From: Syncephalis fuscata S228
Lineage: Eukaryota > Fungi > Zoopagomycota
Reading direction: 5' to 3'
Length of the DNA stretch: 64,000 nt
NCBI GenBank assembly: GCA_025786725.1
Contig: JAHLTZ010000003.1
Span: 1 to 64,000, forward strand
In this document: one piece after another, positions 51,743 to 64,000 of the stretch
Layout: each line of letters begins with the position of its first letter
Numbering within the stretch: the first letter of the stretch is position 1
Translations under genes and position numbers: made by a program
Notes under the pieces: generated by a model
Told to the model about the DNA's origin: nothing
The model's database searches: none
Seen by the model: the letters and a program-made list of their open reading frames with translations, nothing else

Positions 51743-53386
51743 TTAGTGTTGCATCGAGTGTAGTTGTTTATTGATAGACTCTGAGATTCGTTGATCAATA
51801 CCAGCCAGGCCCATATAAGGAATACGCAAGATAGGATGTGAAGGCATATTTGGTCCTGAAACTGGAGTGAAGACAATATAGCCAGAATAAAATGAATCCA
51901 AGTGTGTATCAAGTCCGGATGGCTCAGCAATAGACACTTGCACAATAGCATTTCCATGTTTTTTAATAGTGATCGTGCTGGGTCTTATGTTTACTAGAGA
52001 ATATTTAGGGATATATCTAGCAGGGGAATATGGAGTTCCACCAATATCATATTGCTTAATTGACATTGAAGTCTCGAAAGTAATATGAAATTGCATATCA
52101 AAATTGCCATTGTTTAAAATATTAACTGCTTTTGCTTGTGGACTTCCCGGGCTGGGCTTTCTAGCTTGGTTATCTCCCAAAAAGATTGCCGTAGTGTCTA
52201 AAGTACATTTGTTATGGATTGCATTGTATAGGTTGGCAAATCCAGCACCCTGAAAAACAACGGATTCCTTAGCCTGGCTGTAATTGATCAGCGTGGCAGT
52301 TGAGGTGAAAATTGATTTTAAATATTCTACTGACGAACGATGGGCCTGTTTAGCTTTAATCAACTGTGCCATCATACCGGCAAAATAAGCAGCGGCTATA
52401 GACGGATCTGAGGATTTTACATAAAGATTTCCTGAGTTGATTTTAGGTACCGGTACATTAATGCCTGGTGCAACGATATCGGCACTTTGTCCCACCCATT
52501 GTCTATAAGGTCTGCGGAGTATCTTTTCAGCTGAAATGGCACCATTTGATAGAACTTCGGCAGAGCCTACAGTAATAATAGGTATATCGATAGGTAGCTT
52601 GTAGTCTGATCTTAAAGTTGTAACAAACGATTTATCCATTCTGGGCCAAATAGCATCCCAAATGTCCATGATACTTGACTGGCCTACAGGTGAAATAAGC
52701 GTTATACCAGATGAAGCAAGGCGAACAAGATTAATAAGAAGCTTTCCATTGAATTCTGGTTGAGGCTGAATATCTAAAGGCAGCACAACTATATCAACAC
52801 CGTCATTATACGCTCTGTCTAAAGCATTTGCAACAACGCTGGCAGTTGTATGTCCACGACATCCTTTTACGCGGTAAGACATAATCCTTGCATGGGGAGC
52901 AACGCCTTTAAATAGAGCTGCGTCGCTAGCAATGAGACCTGCTAACATTGTGCCTCGGCCATGGCAGTCACCAGTAGTGGAACCGGGGGTTGGCGTATTG
53001 GTTCCGTCAAAGTTATCTCCAACCAAGTCGACTTGAACAGCCTTAATTCTTGATGATGCTAATGCTTCATGTTGTATATCAACACCGCTATCAAGGATAG
53101 CTATACGATAGCTTTGAGTGCTTATTTTTTCGCCATGTGCATAGGCTACACCAGTAATTTCATGAATTTTATTAATTCCAGGTTGGAATGATAAGTGGCC
53201 ATTGTCACGTCTTTCTCGGTGGACAGTTTGAGCCTCTAATTGCTCTTTTTTATAATTGTAAAATGATGAAATTGTGTCATTTGAAAACAAGGCTGTTTGC
53301 TCCAAAGATTGAGCGCTAATGCTTTTTGCTGCTGTATAATGCGCAAGCAATAGGACAATAGCTACCGTGACTCTAGAAAATGCCAT
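51743..53386 (-). CDS. Secreted subtilisin-like (S8) protein with C-terminal Fn3-like domain, probably catalytically impaired
   Basis: 547-aa intronless ORF: signal peptide, IAILDSGVD, DCHGRGTMLAG, GVAPHA, DIVAPG, DPSIAAAYFAG, QGAGF, YSGYIVF..LRIPYMG. Confidence 0.88.
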   Translation of the reverse strand: MAFSRVTVAIVLLLAHYTAAKSISAQSLEQTALFSNDTISSFYNYKKEQLEAQTVHRERRDNGHLSFQPGINKIHEITGVAYAHGEKISTQSYRIAILDSGVDIQHEALASSRIKAVQVDLVGDNFDGTNTPTPGSTTGDCHGRGTMLAGLIASDAALFKGVAPHARIMSYRVKGCRGHTTASVVANALDRAYNDGVDIVVLPLDIQPQPEFNGKLLINLVRLASSGITLISPVGQSSIMDIWDAIWPRMDKSFVTTLRSDYKLPIDIPIITVGSAEVLSNGAISAEKILRRPYRQWVGQSADIVAPGINVPVPKINSGNLYVKSSDPSIAAAYFAGMMAQLIKAKQAHRSSVEYLKSIFTSTATLINYSQAKESVVFQGAGFANLYNAIHNKCTLDTTAIFLGDNQARKPSPGSPQAKAVNILNNGNFDMQFHITFETSMSIKQYDIGGTPYSPARYIPKYSLVNIRPSTITIKKHGNAIVQVSIAEPSGLDTHLDSFYSGYIVFTPVSGPNMPSHPILRIPYMGLAGIDQRISESINKQLHSMQH

Positions 53387-55294
53387 AGCTGCGATAGATT
53401 CGTAAAAAGCTATAAAAATGTATCGTTAAGAGTGTGGTGTTATAAGTGTATTTGCTAGAAGGAGGCAACTGAATACAGTATCAATATAGCTGTCTTTTTA
53501 TTCAAAAAATGATGACAGTAGCTTTGAAGGTTTACCCCGCTCGAATTGACTAACGTAAATTTTTCTTCTACGGCTGACTTATGAAAGTAAGTCCGAAAAA
53601 ACCTAAAAATGACTTGTTTTGATATTCTAAAAATGTTTTTATTTATTGATAAACCGGAATTGTAATGAGTGGTTTTGTTGCTTATTTATTTGTATTGTGT
53701 TGTTATACTGATAATAAACATGCTTTAGCGATTAAAGTAAAAAAGTCTGTATTTAATGTATATATCAGTAAATAAAATATCGTGTAATGGAATTAAAGCA
53801 AAAGTCGTGATAATAGTTTAGTTTGGACCATTAGTGGCATTTGCATCGTGATAGCAAAACTATAACTATTATTTGATTCGGAGCTATTAAGAATTGTATC
53901 GCACATGGAATACTACCAGATTTAGCTATTATCTTTTCTATAGAATTAGGATTGCCAAAGTGGATGATCGATTGTGCAAAAACACTGATAGTCGGAGAAT
54001 AAATAAATTTATACATAGCAGTGCAACCATTCCTATTGACCAATTTGGTAGTTTAAACAAATTGCACTCGTGTGACTTTTTTGATTGCCGAGTAAATATT
54101 TGCAAAGAGGGACAATTACGGGTTCGGCTAAACTGAAATATGAGCCAGGAAATGCCGATCTATCTACTATTGAATCTAGAGTATTTGATGGGCGACTCTA
54201 CATAGCTAGATATTTAAACAATGTACTGGGTGATAAATAACACTACAGGGTATGTTTATCTAATTAATAAGGTTGCCAAAACAATGTGATCAGCAGTATA
54301 AATCATTAATGCATATTGTAATGTTTTCTTTTAAACGCTGAATAGTTGCATCATACGATAGTGCAATTACTAATAGAAAAGTTTTATTTGATAATCGCAC
54401 TGAGCTATAATAATAGTGTGAGCTATTATATTGTAAATAATACTATCGCAATTACCAAGTCACTTTTCTTTTATTTCTTTCCTTTCATGCCATACACATG
54501 TTTTATTTCTTATTTATAATGAATAATTGCCTATAAATAGTAATACAAGCGCATTTCTTTTTAATAATAATAATACATAGCTGGTCAATAAATAATAACG
54601 TACCACAAAAACACTACAAGCAAACAAATAAAGTGCGTGGATACCTTTTACAAAGTTATAGTGTGCATAATAACAATATGAGTGGAACAAAGTGCTGTTT
54701 ATAGTAAATACAGCTAGTAATAACAATAGCTTTTATTAATGATATGTAATCAATAAACAATATACTGGCATGGAATATACGATAGAATGGCATCATTGTG
54801 GCAAATAGAATAGATGGTATGAATACAATGCTTATATAGCATCGTTTAATGGCTATACTGTTAGTGTTTACTAAGCTTAGCTTCTTTGTAAACAGCTGTA
54901 TTATTTGAATTAAAGTATAGTAATATGAATATAAACAACAATGTTAACATCTTGCCTTTCAATCTATATTACATGACAGGCATAAAATAGTAGTTAATCA
55001 AAAGCAAATAAATTGAAACAAAAAAGCAAAAGTTTATTATATGAAAATTCTAGTCACATAAAGCAAGAGGTTAACATTGGTTGTCAGTGCTATTAACAAG
55101 TAATTGATCAAAAAAATACTAATTTATTTAATAATGAGTGTAAAAAAGATAAATAAAAAATAAAAGTAAATCCGCCCCGAAAATAAGCCACTATTTATTC
55201 CTGTTCCAACGACCAATTCGTCGTATTTCTTGACGTATAGGTTTGATTACAACGCCAAACAGCTAGAATCAACACGATTATTACTGCTGTCAGT

Positions 55295-56485
55295 ATGGAT
55301 CGTCGACGTGTTCAAGGACCAGAAACAAGCGTAGTACCACTACCGACTCAAGAAGTGCTTGAGAGCCGTGCAGCATTACTACCTCCTGTACAGTCGGGTA
55401 AACGTGCCGACGGACGTGGTCCCGAGGATATACGTCCCGTATGTAAGTAGCTATTGGCAGCACACATTGAATAGGCGTACTGATTACATGATTGTGCAGT
55501 TTTACGTACAGGACTGATTAGTCAAGCATCCGGTTCGGCCTACATTGAATTAGGACGCACGAAAGTTGCCTGTGCCGTGTAAGTATCCATCAGTAATACA
55601 CGTAATTAAAGTGTTGATAAAGCACAATTAATTAACAAATTACATTCACTTCTAGTTATGGACCACGGCAATTAAAAAAGCAACAAGGGTTCAGTGAGCA
55701 CGGTCGTCTTTATTGTGAATTTAAGTTTGCAACATTTGCTTGCAAAAAACGACGCCATCATTTACGTGTAAGTGAATTATGTATTATCATTGACGCACTT
55801 TATTAATTAATGCTACTAATAATGCAGGATCCACAAGAAAAAGAATTTTCGCAAATTATTGTACAGGCACTGACACCATCAGTTCGATTGGATCGCTTGC
55901 CCAAATCAGTGGTGGATTTATACATTACAGTTATTGAGAATGATGGTACGGCCTCGTGTTTAGCCGCGGCTATTACCGCTGCCTCTGTAGCATTGGCAGA
56001 TGCCGGTGTTGAAATGCTCGATCTTGTAGCGGCAACATCACTGGTAAGTCATTATATTGCAAAACATATTGCATTTATTTTATTTATTATATTTAATAAA
56101 TTAAATAATGGATATATAGGGATATGTCAACCAACAATTGTTGGTTGATTGCAGTGCTGATGAAGAAGCTTACCAGCAACAATCGGGTTGGACAGGCACT
56201 GAAGAGGATATTGGTACGGCTGATCTAGTGCTTGCTTATATGCCTTCTTTAGGACAAGTGACACACTTGCTACATCGTGGTCCAGTTGACTGGTCACCTA
56301 TGGCTGCGGTATGTATTTTATATTTTACAATAACAATAATAGATACCAATAGATACTAATCATTGTTATGTTATGCTATACACGTATAGGCGGTAGAACA
56401 GTGTATTGATATATCTACCAAGGTACATGCTGTAATGGTTCATTGCTTACAAGAACGTTCGCAACAACAACAACAACAGCAATAG
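55295..56485 (+). CDS. MTR3: Exosome RNase PH-like subunit Mtr3/EXOSC6
   Basis: [73 protein letters not shown]. 5 introns. Confidence 0.88.
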
Positions 56486-56609
56486 TAATAACAGCAATAA
56501 TCATATTAATCTATTCTTGAGCGTTATATAATTAAAAACAATTTATTGACAGATCCTTATGATTATCGGATAAACAATGAAATTTGAAATAGACATAGCA
56601 CATAGGCGC

Positions 56610-58529
56610 TCAACCATAGAGCCAGTCATCAATGAAATCCCCTACGTGAAGTGTGGCCGCTAATATTTCTTCTCCACTAGGTATAATATATTCGGGAGGT
56701 AGCATGAATCCATGCATACCAGTATCTCTTAATTCGACCCAGTAGCTATAATACGCTTGTGCTCTACGATGTACCCTGTATTAAATAGCATGACCATACA
56801 TTAGATGTAAGTATTAGATAATGAATTAGTATATATCTATATATATATATGGGTACTTGCCAGTCTAGAGCTGTGCCAGATTGTCGGTATAGTATTTCAC
56901 ATGCACTGCCTACTTCAAATCGAGTGCCATTGACACGATGTATCGATTCCGATGCACCAAGAGCCAATTCAAGCATATTCTCCTTATTATCTGGAATCTA
57001 AAAAGTAATACATTGCTATTACTATTTACTATTATTAAATGTGATCATTACTACTTACTCGACGGCATCGAGCAGCATAAGGCAACATCCATAGCTGGCT
57101 ATAGGAATGCAAATCGATAAAAGCAATGGCCCGATTACGTTGTTTTAAATAAGCAGCTAGATGGCGTGTTTCTGGGGCAGAAAAGGCCTTTTGACCCGCA
57201 TAATCTATATCATCATCAATACTGTGTTAATAACTATTAATCGTTGTTTAATAATATTTACTTTCACTGCAAGGATCTTCAGCTGATCCGTCCTGTCCCC
57301 AATCGAAATCCTTAATCAACGTGTTAATCATCTATTACTATTCATTAAATAGCTATTATTAATTAGTTACCCAATTATGGTTAAATCCTATTAATAATTT
57401 GTTAGCACAATAAAGATCATTACCAATTGATATAGCTAATCAGTGTACTTACCGTGCCCATACACTCAGATTCAGAAGTGGGTTGACGATTCTTACGCCA
57501 CTATAAATACCATATAATTAATCGATGTATTAACTATAAACGCCAGCAACTTACTAATCGATCCGTGGTGCGCGAGTATTCATAACCATCAGCATTAATC
57601 AGCGGAATAATAGTAAACTCAAACTCATCGACTAATGAAGTAATACGTGGATTGATTCCGTAATTTGAGGCCAATGTATAGGCAAGATAGGAAGCAACAG
57701 CTGTGGATATCCATTCTCGGCCATGTAATCCAGCAACAATAACAATTTCCCGCCTTTTCGTCTTTTTATGTTTCTTTTTATGTTTCTTTTTGAGCTGTGA
57801 CGATGATTCAACAGACCAATCATCACTGTCATCTTCGCCGTCATCTTCAGCGTCATAGATGTTTGTTTTCTCGGTCTTTTTAGACTTTGAATAAGGATTA
57901 TGAATACGGATACCAAATATTTCACGCTTTTCATGCGTTAAGCCCAAGCGAAAATGATGAGTCCATCCTTTAAACTGATCACCTAATTCTGCAAATAATG
58001 CAGCCAGTTCTTCAAAGCTTTGATATGACTTGAAAAACTCTTGAGTAATACGTGTTTCATTCACATGGTTGTGTTTAGTATCTTTTGTCGATACTGCAGA
58101 CTTCATTGAACGATCCATTAATGCTTGTACATCTGAAATGAGTACTGAATATGGCGCATGAATGATTTGATCGATTTGCTTATACGCTTCAGGATGAACT
58201 TGAATATCCACTTGGCCTATACGCCATGGTGACCATACATTAAAGTTGTATAGTTTGGCCAGTGTTTTTAACCGAGCCAACTCGGCCGCATCACGCACCG
58301 TGATACGTAGCACTCGGTGGCCGTCATAGCGTACCGGCATACCTTCTCTATTGTCATGCGTTTTCAATGGTAGCCTGATATTCGTATCAAAGCCTAATGA
58401 GCCACCTTGCTCAAGGTCATTGTTGGAATGACCGAGTAGATAAAGAGAAAGGCCAAGTAAAACAGCTAAAGCTATGGTCGTCAAGAGACGTAATGGCGGG
58501 CGTGACCCACGTCGTTCATACAATGTCAT
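56610..58529 (-). CDS. ECM14: M14 zinc metallocarboxypeptidase, Ecm14-like
   Basis: Hydrophobic N-terminus, propeptide [57 protein letters not shown]. First ATG at 58529. Micro-exon 57371-57387 is one base short. Confidence 0.8.
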
Positions 58530-58911
58530 CGTGTATGGTGTATTCAAAAGACAAGCGTAGAAAGAGTAAACACAATAATATAGTGGTTATGGTCGTCGTA
58601 GACTAAATAATAGACACAGATAATACGGCAAGCACTATGGTCAAGGAACCGGGGTAAACGGCGAGAGAGAGAAAATAAAAGGTGCAGTTAAGGCTTTATT
58701 TAATTACTCGCCTATTGTCTGATTCATTTGTTTAACCTGTGTGGTCTACGACAGACAGTGTGTCACTTTACATTCAGCTAGGATAAATAGACGATAGATC
58801 CATCAATAACAATAATGCAGCACTTTATACGGCCTAATTAAAGGCGAATACTGGTTAAACAGCTATATGCAATATTCTGTGTTCATAGAATAAAATAGAA
58901 GTTCTTTCTAT

Positions 58912-60381
58912 TTAACTACTGCGCACAAATAGTTCAGGTGCCGTTCCTTCGACCATAGCGGCTGTATGTTCTACCGTACGTTGCCAGTCCTCCAATTGCT
59001 CACGCATCGCCGTAATTTGATGTTTTTCCAAATAGCGTGGTTGTACCCAGTCAATTTCTACCATGCCGGCTACTTGGTCAATACGGCCACGGATCAGTGA
59101 CAATGATAAAGCCTTCATTGTAAGGTGTTCAACCTCCTCGGTAGGTAGACGTGTCTCGGCAGCCACATCGTTAAAGTGGAGCCGACGTGCATGAGGTGGG
59201 CGCTTAAATACTGCCTCAATCAATGCCATTAAGCAGATCTTTTGACGTAAAATGGCATATTTGCTTGTAGTAATGGCTATAAAGCTGCTGTTTAGTTTGG
59301 ATTCATCTATAATTGATGCTGGATAGCTTACTTGTTTAGTAAAGTTGGCTGTTAGCGTTTCAAACTTGCCAATATCACCAGAGTTGAAGGCAAATAGTAG
59401 ATCGCGTAACCAAGCATGCGGCGTATCAGTGAGAGAATCCAAAATAGGATGACTTAACTATTAATTAAGTTATTAGTAGCTATATTTTAAATAAAATAAT
59501 ATTAAATAATATTACTAAATACTAACCAAATCACCAAAATTATAGATTGTATCGCCAAGTAAAGCAGAAATGGCTAGGTCGTGTGCTCGTTCTTGTCGCA
59601 CTGCCAACGATAGATCTTTTAGATCAAAACAGGCTAGGAATAGAAGAGCATGCTTGTAGAAGCGAGGATAATCTGCTTTGGCCTATTGATTACCAGTAAA
59701 TGAGCTGTCTGTACTAAATACTATATTACTGTACTGACCTTATAGTAATCGGAGCAGACGCGATAGAAGCTAGCATTGACGGCAGTTTGCACGCCATAAC
59801 CTTCAAGTACCGTCTCACAAGCATCCATGGCTTTCTTGCACTCATCGAGATCGCCTAGGCCCAAACGATAGTGAGCAGCCTCCATAACTGCTTGGACGTG
59901 TGCTTGACGCGCCTCATCGCGGTCTACCTTTGATGCAATATCCATAAGGAACTGAATCGCGTCATTGCGATCTAGATTAAATAAGTATTGGGCATATAAG
60001 ACGCACCAGCAACTACTTACTTTGATATTGATCGGCCACCACAACTGCTACTGCTACTAGCTTAAGCGGGTCCATTTGCTTCTCCCAATCTGCAACAAAG
60101 CGTTCAAACAGTGGAATCAATAATGGACCGGCATGTGGCTCATGAAGGAAACGCTCCAGCTCGATCGTCAACTGATGCCATAGTCTAATTCAACAACGTG
60201 TATGAAGATGAGTTTATGTTCGAGCTAGCCATGCTTGCTTTTAAGCGCCATGTTATTTGCTACAAGCTACTTACTTGCGTTCATGGAGATCTTCAAACCG
60301 AATAAAATATGGTTGAAGGTTTTCTGGCGCATTAGTACGCTGTTCGGCCAAATAGCCAGGTACATCAAGATCAACGTCCAT
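58912..60381 (-). CDS. RPN9: 26S proteasome lid subunit Rpn9/PSMD13
   Basis: ERKLWHQLT, FYKHALLFL, ALLGDTIYNFGDL, PCI region LRQKICLMALIE..EVEHLTMKALSLSLIRGRIDQV..WVQPR. One base appears to be missing at 59249-59252. Confidence 0.95.
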
Positions 60382-60668
60382 TGTCTAATAACAACCGACA
60401 AAGATAGACTTGCTAGTTGGTTTATTAGAGTAACAAGTAAGATGAAAACAAGATGAAGTTAGTGTAAATGTGCGTGTGTATGATTGTGTGTGGTTGATGA
60501 CGCATCTCATCCAATTTATAAATATCATTTAACTATTGAAGTGTAAACAACATTTGTGTTACTATAATTGTGTAAGTTAGTTCTTTTATACATTTAAAAA
60601 GTATCCAATATAAAGATGCAACATAGTTGTTAAACCAAAAGGTTTTACTAAGCTAAATAATGTAGCTA

Positions 60669-61723
60669 TTAGTAGGTTAATTTTCTACGGATTAATTGTC
60701 GGCCTAGTTGAACTCGGAGGGGCACTTCAACGAAATAGTCACCACGACCAGGTGTAATTTCAATTTGATATTCTTCAGGCTTTTTATCCATTGGTATTGC
60801 AGGGTCATTGGCTGCCATACTGTCACTATCACTAGCAGTATCGGTATAACTATCTGTAGTAGTAGTAGTAGTAGTAGTACTAGTTGTTGTTGTTGTTGCA
60901 TACATTGCTTGTGCCTTCTCCCAGGCCAGTTCAATATCGATATCATCATCGGGTGTGGTCAATGCATCAGATGTCCAGAATGCTGAGAGCGATGGCATGT
61001 CATGCCAAATAGTATTTTGGTAGTCATCTTCATCATCCTCTTCATTATCGGCATCGTCCCCATCTGATAAAATGAACCGACCTTTAATAATTGACCAGTC
61101 TTTTCTTTAACCGCTGATTTAGCAGGCGGTGTTAATAGCACAGCCGTGGTAGCAGTGGGCAACACAGGCTTGTTATAGGTCAATTTTGTTAATAGCAATT
61201 CATTCTTGTCCGATGTATCCTCATATAAACCAGTAGGCTCTTCGCAATAAATTATTTGTTTTGACTGTTTTTCCATCTCTTTATCGTCGAGGGTATTGTC
61301 GAGTGTTGTCAAGTGTCTAGACCAGGTACTGGGGAGTTGGATAGATGGAGATGATGTATCAATAAGCGCAGTGTTAGTAGAATCAATACTGAATTCAGGT
61401 GATGATGCTGTTGAGGCTGTGGGGGTTGAATTGAGAGACGCTAGGTCGGGTAATGCCAATGCATCCAATAATAAAGGTAATTCGTCGCTCTTTTCGTCCT
61501 CATTTTCCTCATTATCATTATTGTCGCGGAGGTTTCCTAACATTGTGTCAGATTCATAACTCTGACTATGTTTGGTATTCAAATAGAACAGTCTTTCTTC
61601 ATGACTATTCTGATAGTTTGAAACATAGTCATATACATCATCGATAAAAGTACCGTTGGTTAGTGCTACTTGAGCTACATCAGCCAATATTGCATCGATG
61701 GTGTTTATTTGTTCGTGGTCCAT
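60669..61723 (-). CDS. Hypothetical acidic low-complexity protein (two ORFs joined across a one-base break near 61105)
   Basis: ORF 60959..61723 continues in another frame as RKDWSIIKGRFILSDGDDADNEEDDEDDY...MPSLSAFW, running into ORF 60669..60998. Confidence 0.55.
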
Positions 61724-62844
61724 CTCGCTACAATTGAGTATAAGTGTTTATGCTATATAATTAATATAGCGAGTGGTATTGGTTGGCGGTGTAGTTCACA
61801 GAGATGTAGTGGCGGATATCCTTCACAGTAAGTAGTTGTTTGTGTTATATAGCATCCAATATATTGGACTGTCGTTCAAGCTGTGTATACAATTGATATA
61901 GGTGTCTAGTACGAAATAAAATGTAAAGTGATTAATGTCGTCAAATAGAACATGTTTAGCAATAAATGAATAGATCCCTATGCAAGTGCATGTCGTGTAC
62001 ACATGGTGAACGCGCGACCATCCACGCGTGCACCAATCCACACACACTTTTCAACACGTGTGTTTTTTACTGCATGTCTAACCTGCAGAGCCTTCGTTCG
62101 AATAGGCTATAGAAATGAAGTCAATATATATAAGTACATAAACAATAGTTATTGGTCTTTGCTATCGAAGTGTTATTTAGTTGGTTAGTACAGGTGAAGT
62201 ACGCACTGTTTACCATTTATGCACAGTTGATATGTATAACAATCATGCCGAGCCTCTAGGGATGAATATATTGCTACATACCACAACATAATTATTTTTA
62301 TTTAGCAAAGATAATGGACTATTGCTTCATACGGAGTACATCAGTGTTGTTTTATCAATGGTGTGTCCTATGATTACATTTTGGTGTATTTAACTTTTAT
62401 TTACTTATTTACTTACTACACTCCTTACTTTCTTTCAGTAACCATTTAAGTTATAGTCCATTCTATCTTAGCATTATTCAATAGACGGTATCATAGAACG
62501 TAGTATTAGTAAAATAGCGAGTAAAAGAAGAAGATTAACGCAATAGAATATAGTTTAGCGTATGACAAATATGTGTGGTCATAAAACATACTATCTGTAA
62601 AGTAGCAAAACAATACCAAAATGTTATGAAAATAAAGCAATGTACTATTAATTTAAATAAATACGCGACTACATAACTGTGCTATATTTATAAAGCGATA
62701 GGTTTATCTTTACCGACTTGGTGTCATGTTGTACATAAAGTGAATGTAAATTTGTAAAATATTACTTTTATTTTGTATATACATATGAAATTTATACAAA
62801 TGTAAACAAATATAAAACAGTATGTTTTATAGATGTTACATGTT

Positions 62845-63662
62845 TTATATAAAGGTATTTATAATTCGTTTTACATTGTAACAAAATGACCAGATATTAA
62901 AAATCGTATTAATTGGTTGATTTGAATGTTTCAACGCCTGACAATTCAACCTTGCGCCTGTGACTGTTCCGACAACAACAGGTTTGCTGCAGTCATATTT
63001 AGCTTTTATTGCTGATTGTGGTCGGTCTAGTAAATTCTCAGCTATTGCTGTAAAGATGGCGTCGGCTGGATAGGTAGTATTATCTATTATTATTTCAAAA
63101 AATGGACATCCCCATAGCGTTGCCAGTGCGATTCCGTCTTCTGTGGGAATAGTACGCTCGTTTACACTCTTTACCGTGCTGGTGCCAACCAATACAATAG
63201 GAATCTATATTGATGAGGTGTTAGTGATTGATCAAAGGCCATCTGCGTGTATAGAAAAACTTGCCTGCTGAAAGATATCCAGCTTATCAATTGCTTCTTT
63301 AAAAATGGACACCATTTCAAATGACTTTATATCTGTCGTTGAATACACGAGTATTGCCGCATCTCCCAAGGTAATGGGCAAGTAGGATAAAGCCGCATCC
63401 TGTTCGTTAAACGAAGCATCAACGACGTTGATGGCGCATTTGTAGTCCTTGATGATCAAGCGGCAATCATCTATTGTATTCAGATCGGACTCCAATGGAT
63501 CACTCAATGTTTGTCGTTGAAATTGACGACACTATAGAATGAGGCAGGTTAGAAGTGAATCTAATAGCCTACATACTAGACATGTATACTAACCAAACTT
63601 GTTTTGCCCGTATAGCGAGCGCCATAGATCGAAATACTAAATGATACACTTGGAAATAGCAT
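62845..63662 (-). CDS. Divergent Ras-family small GTPase-like protein
   Basis: Spliced: ISIYGARYTGKTSL P-loop, GDAAILVYSTTDIKSF, IPIVLVG, GIALATLWGCPFFE. Second intron 63206-63264 is GC-AG. G3/G4/G5 motifs are degenerate. Confidence 0.75.
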
Positions 63663-64000
63663 GGTACAATGATAACTACAGTAACGGTGACAAAAACAAA
63701 ACGTCGAAAAATCGGGCTAGCCTACACGCCATTTTGTTTAAATTCCAGTTTGAGCCGCAGCACGGCCAGTAAGCCGGTTTTTTGTCTGTGTTGTTACAAC
63801 AAGTATGCTTCCAGCACATGTGTAGGCCTTGACAGGTTATCAATAGATGTTTATGCCTGTATACGCAAATACTACGTGCGTACCATGTGCATGTCATGCT
63901 GGGCTTTTACTTTCATCCCGATGGTTCGTGTGGATTAGCTGAAAAGTGTGCCATCATTTAACTGCTTATTAGCACAATGGCTTAATCAATCACATGTACT

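Overview
AT-rich eukaryotic DNA with many short (~50-90 nt) introns carrying CTAAC/CTAAT branch sites. It is a fungal nuclear genome, most consistent with an early-diverging fungus (Zoopagomycota/Mucoromycota-like; inference). Housekeeping genes: NBP35, TOM70, TAF9, NNR1, LYS9, NMD3, complex I PSST, BZZ1, MTR3, an ECM14-like carboxypeptidase and RPN9. Other genes: a CreA/Mig1 repressor with a ~10 kb gene-free upstream region, two tandem GH16 Crh-like genes, two related secreted Tyr/Pro/Thr-repeat proteins, a LEA-like repeat protein with a mitochondrial-type presequence, a probably inactive subtilase and a degenerate Ras-like protein. The two most notable items are absent from, or only partly shown in, the ORF track. 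(1) A 5S rRNA gene followed 6 nt later by tRNA-Gly(GCC), with no T4 terminator between them, is a candidate 5S-tRNA dicistronic Pol III unit. (2) A decayed Fanzor (eukaryotic TnpB-like RNA-guided nuclease) gene lies next to a ~800-bp foldback element. Intergenic DNA holds several non-autonomous TIR repeat families. Five genes each lack one base in a short homopolymer, most likely from assembly error. Exon boundaries were derived by hand and repeat boundaries are approximate.
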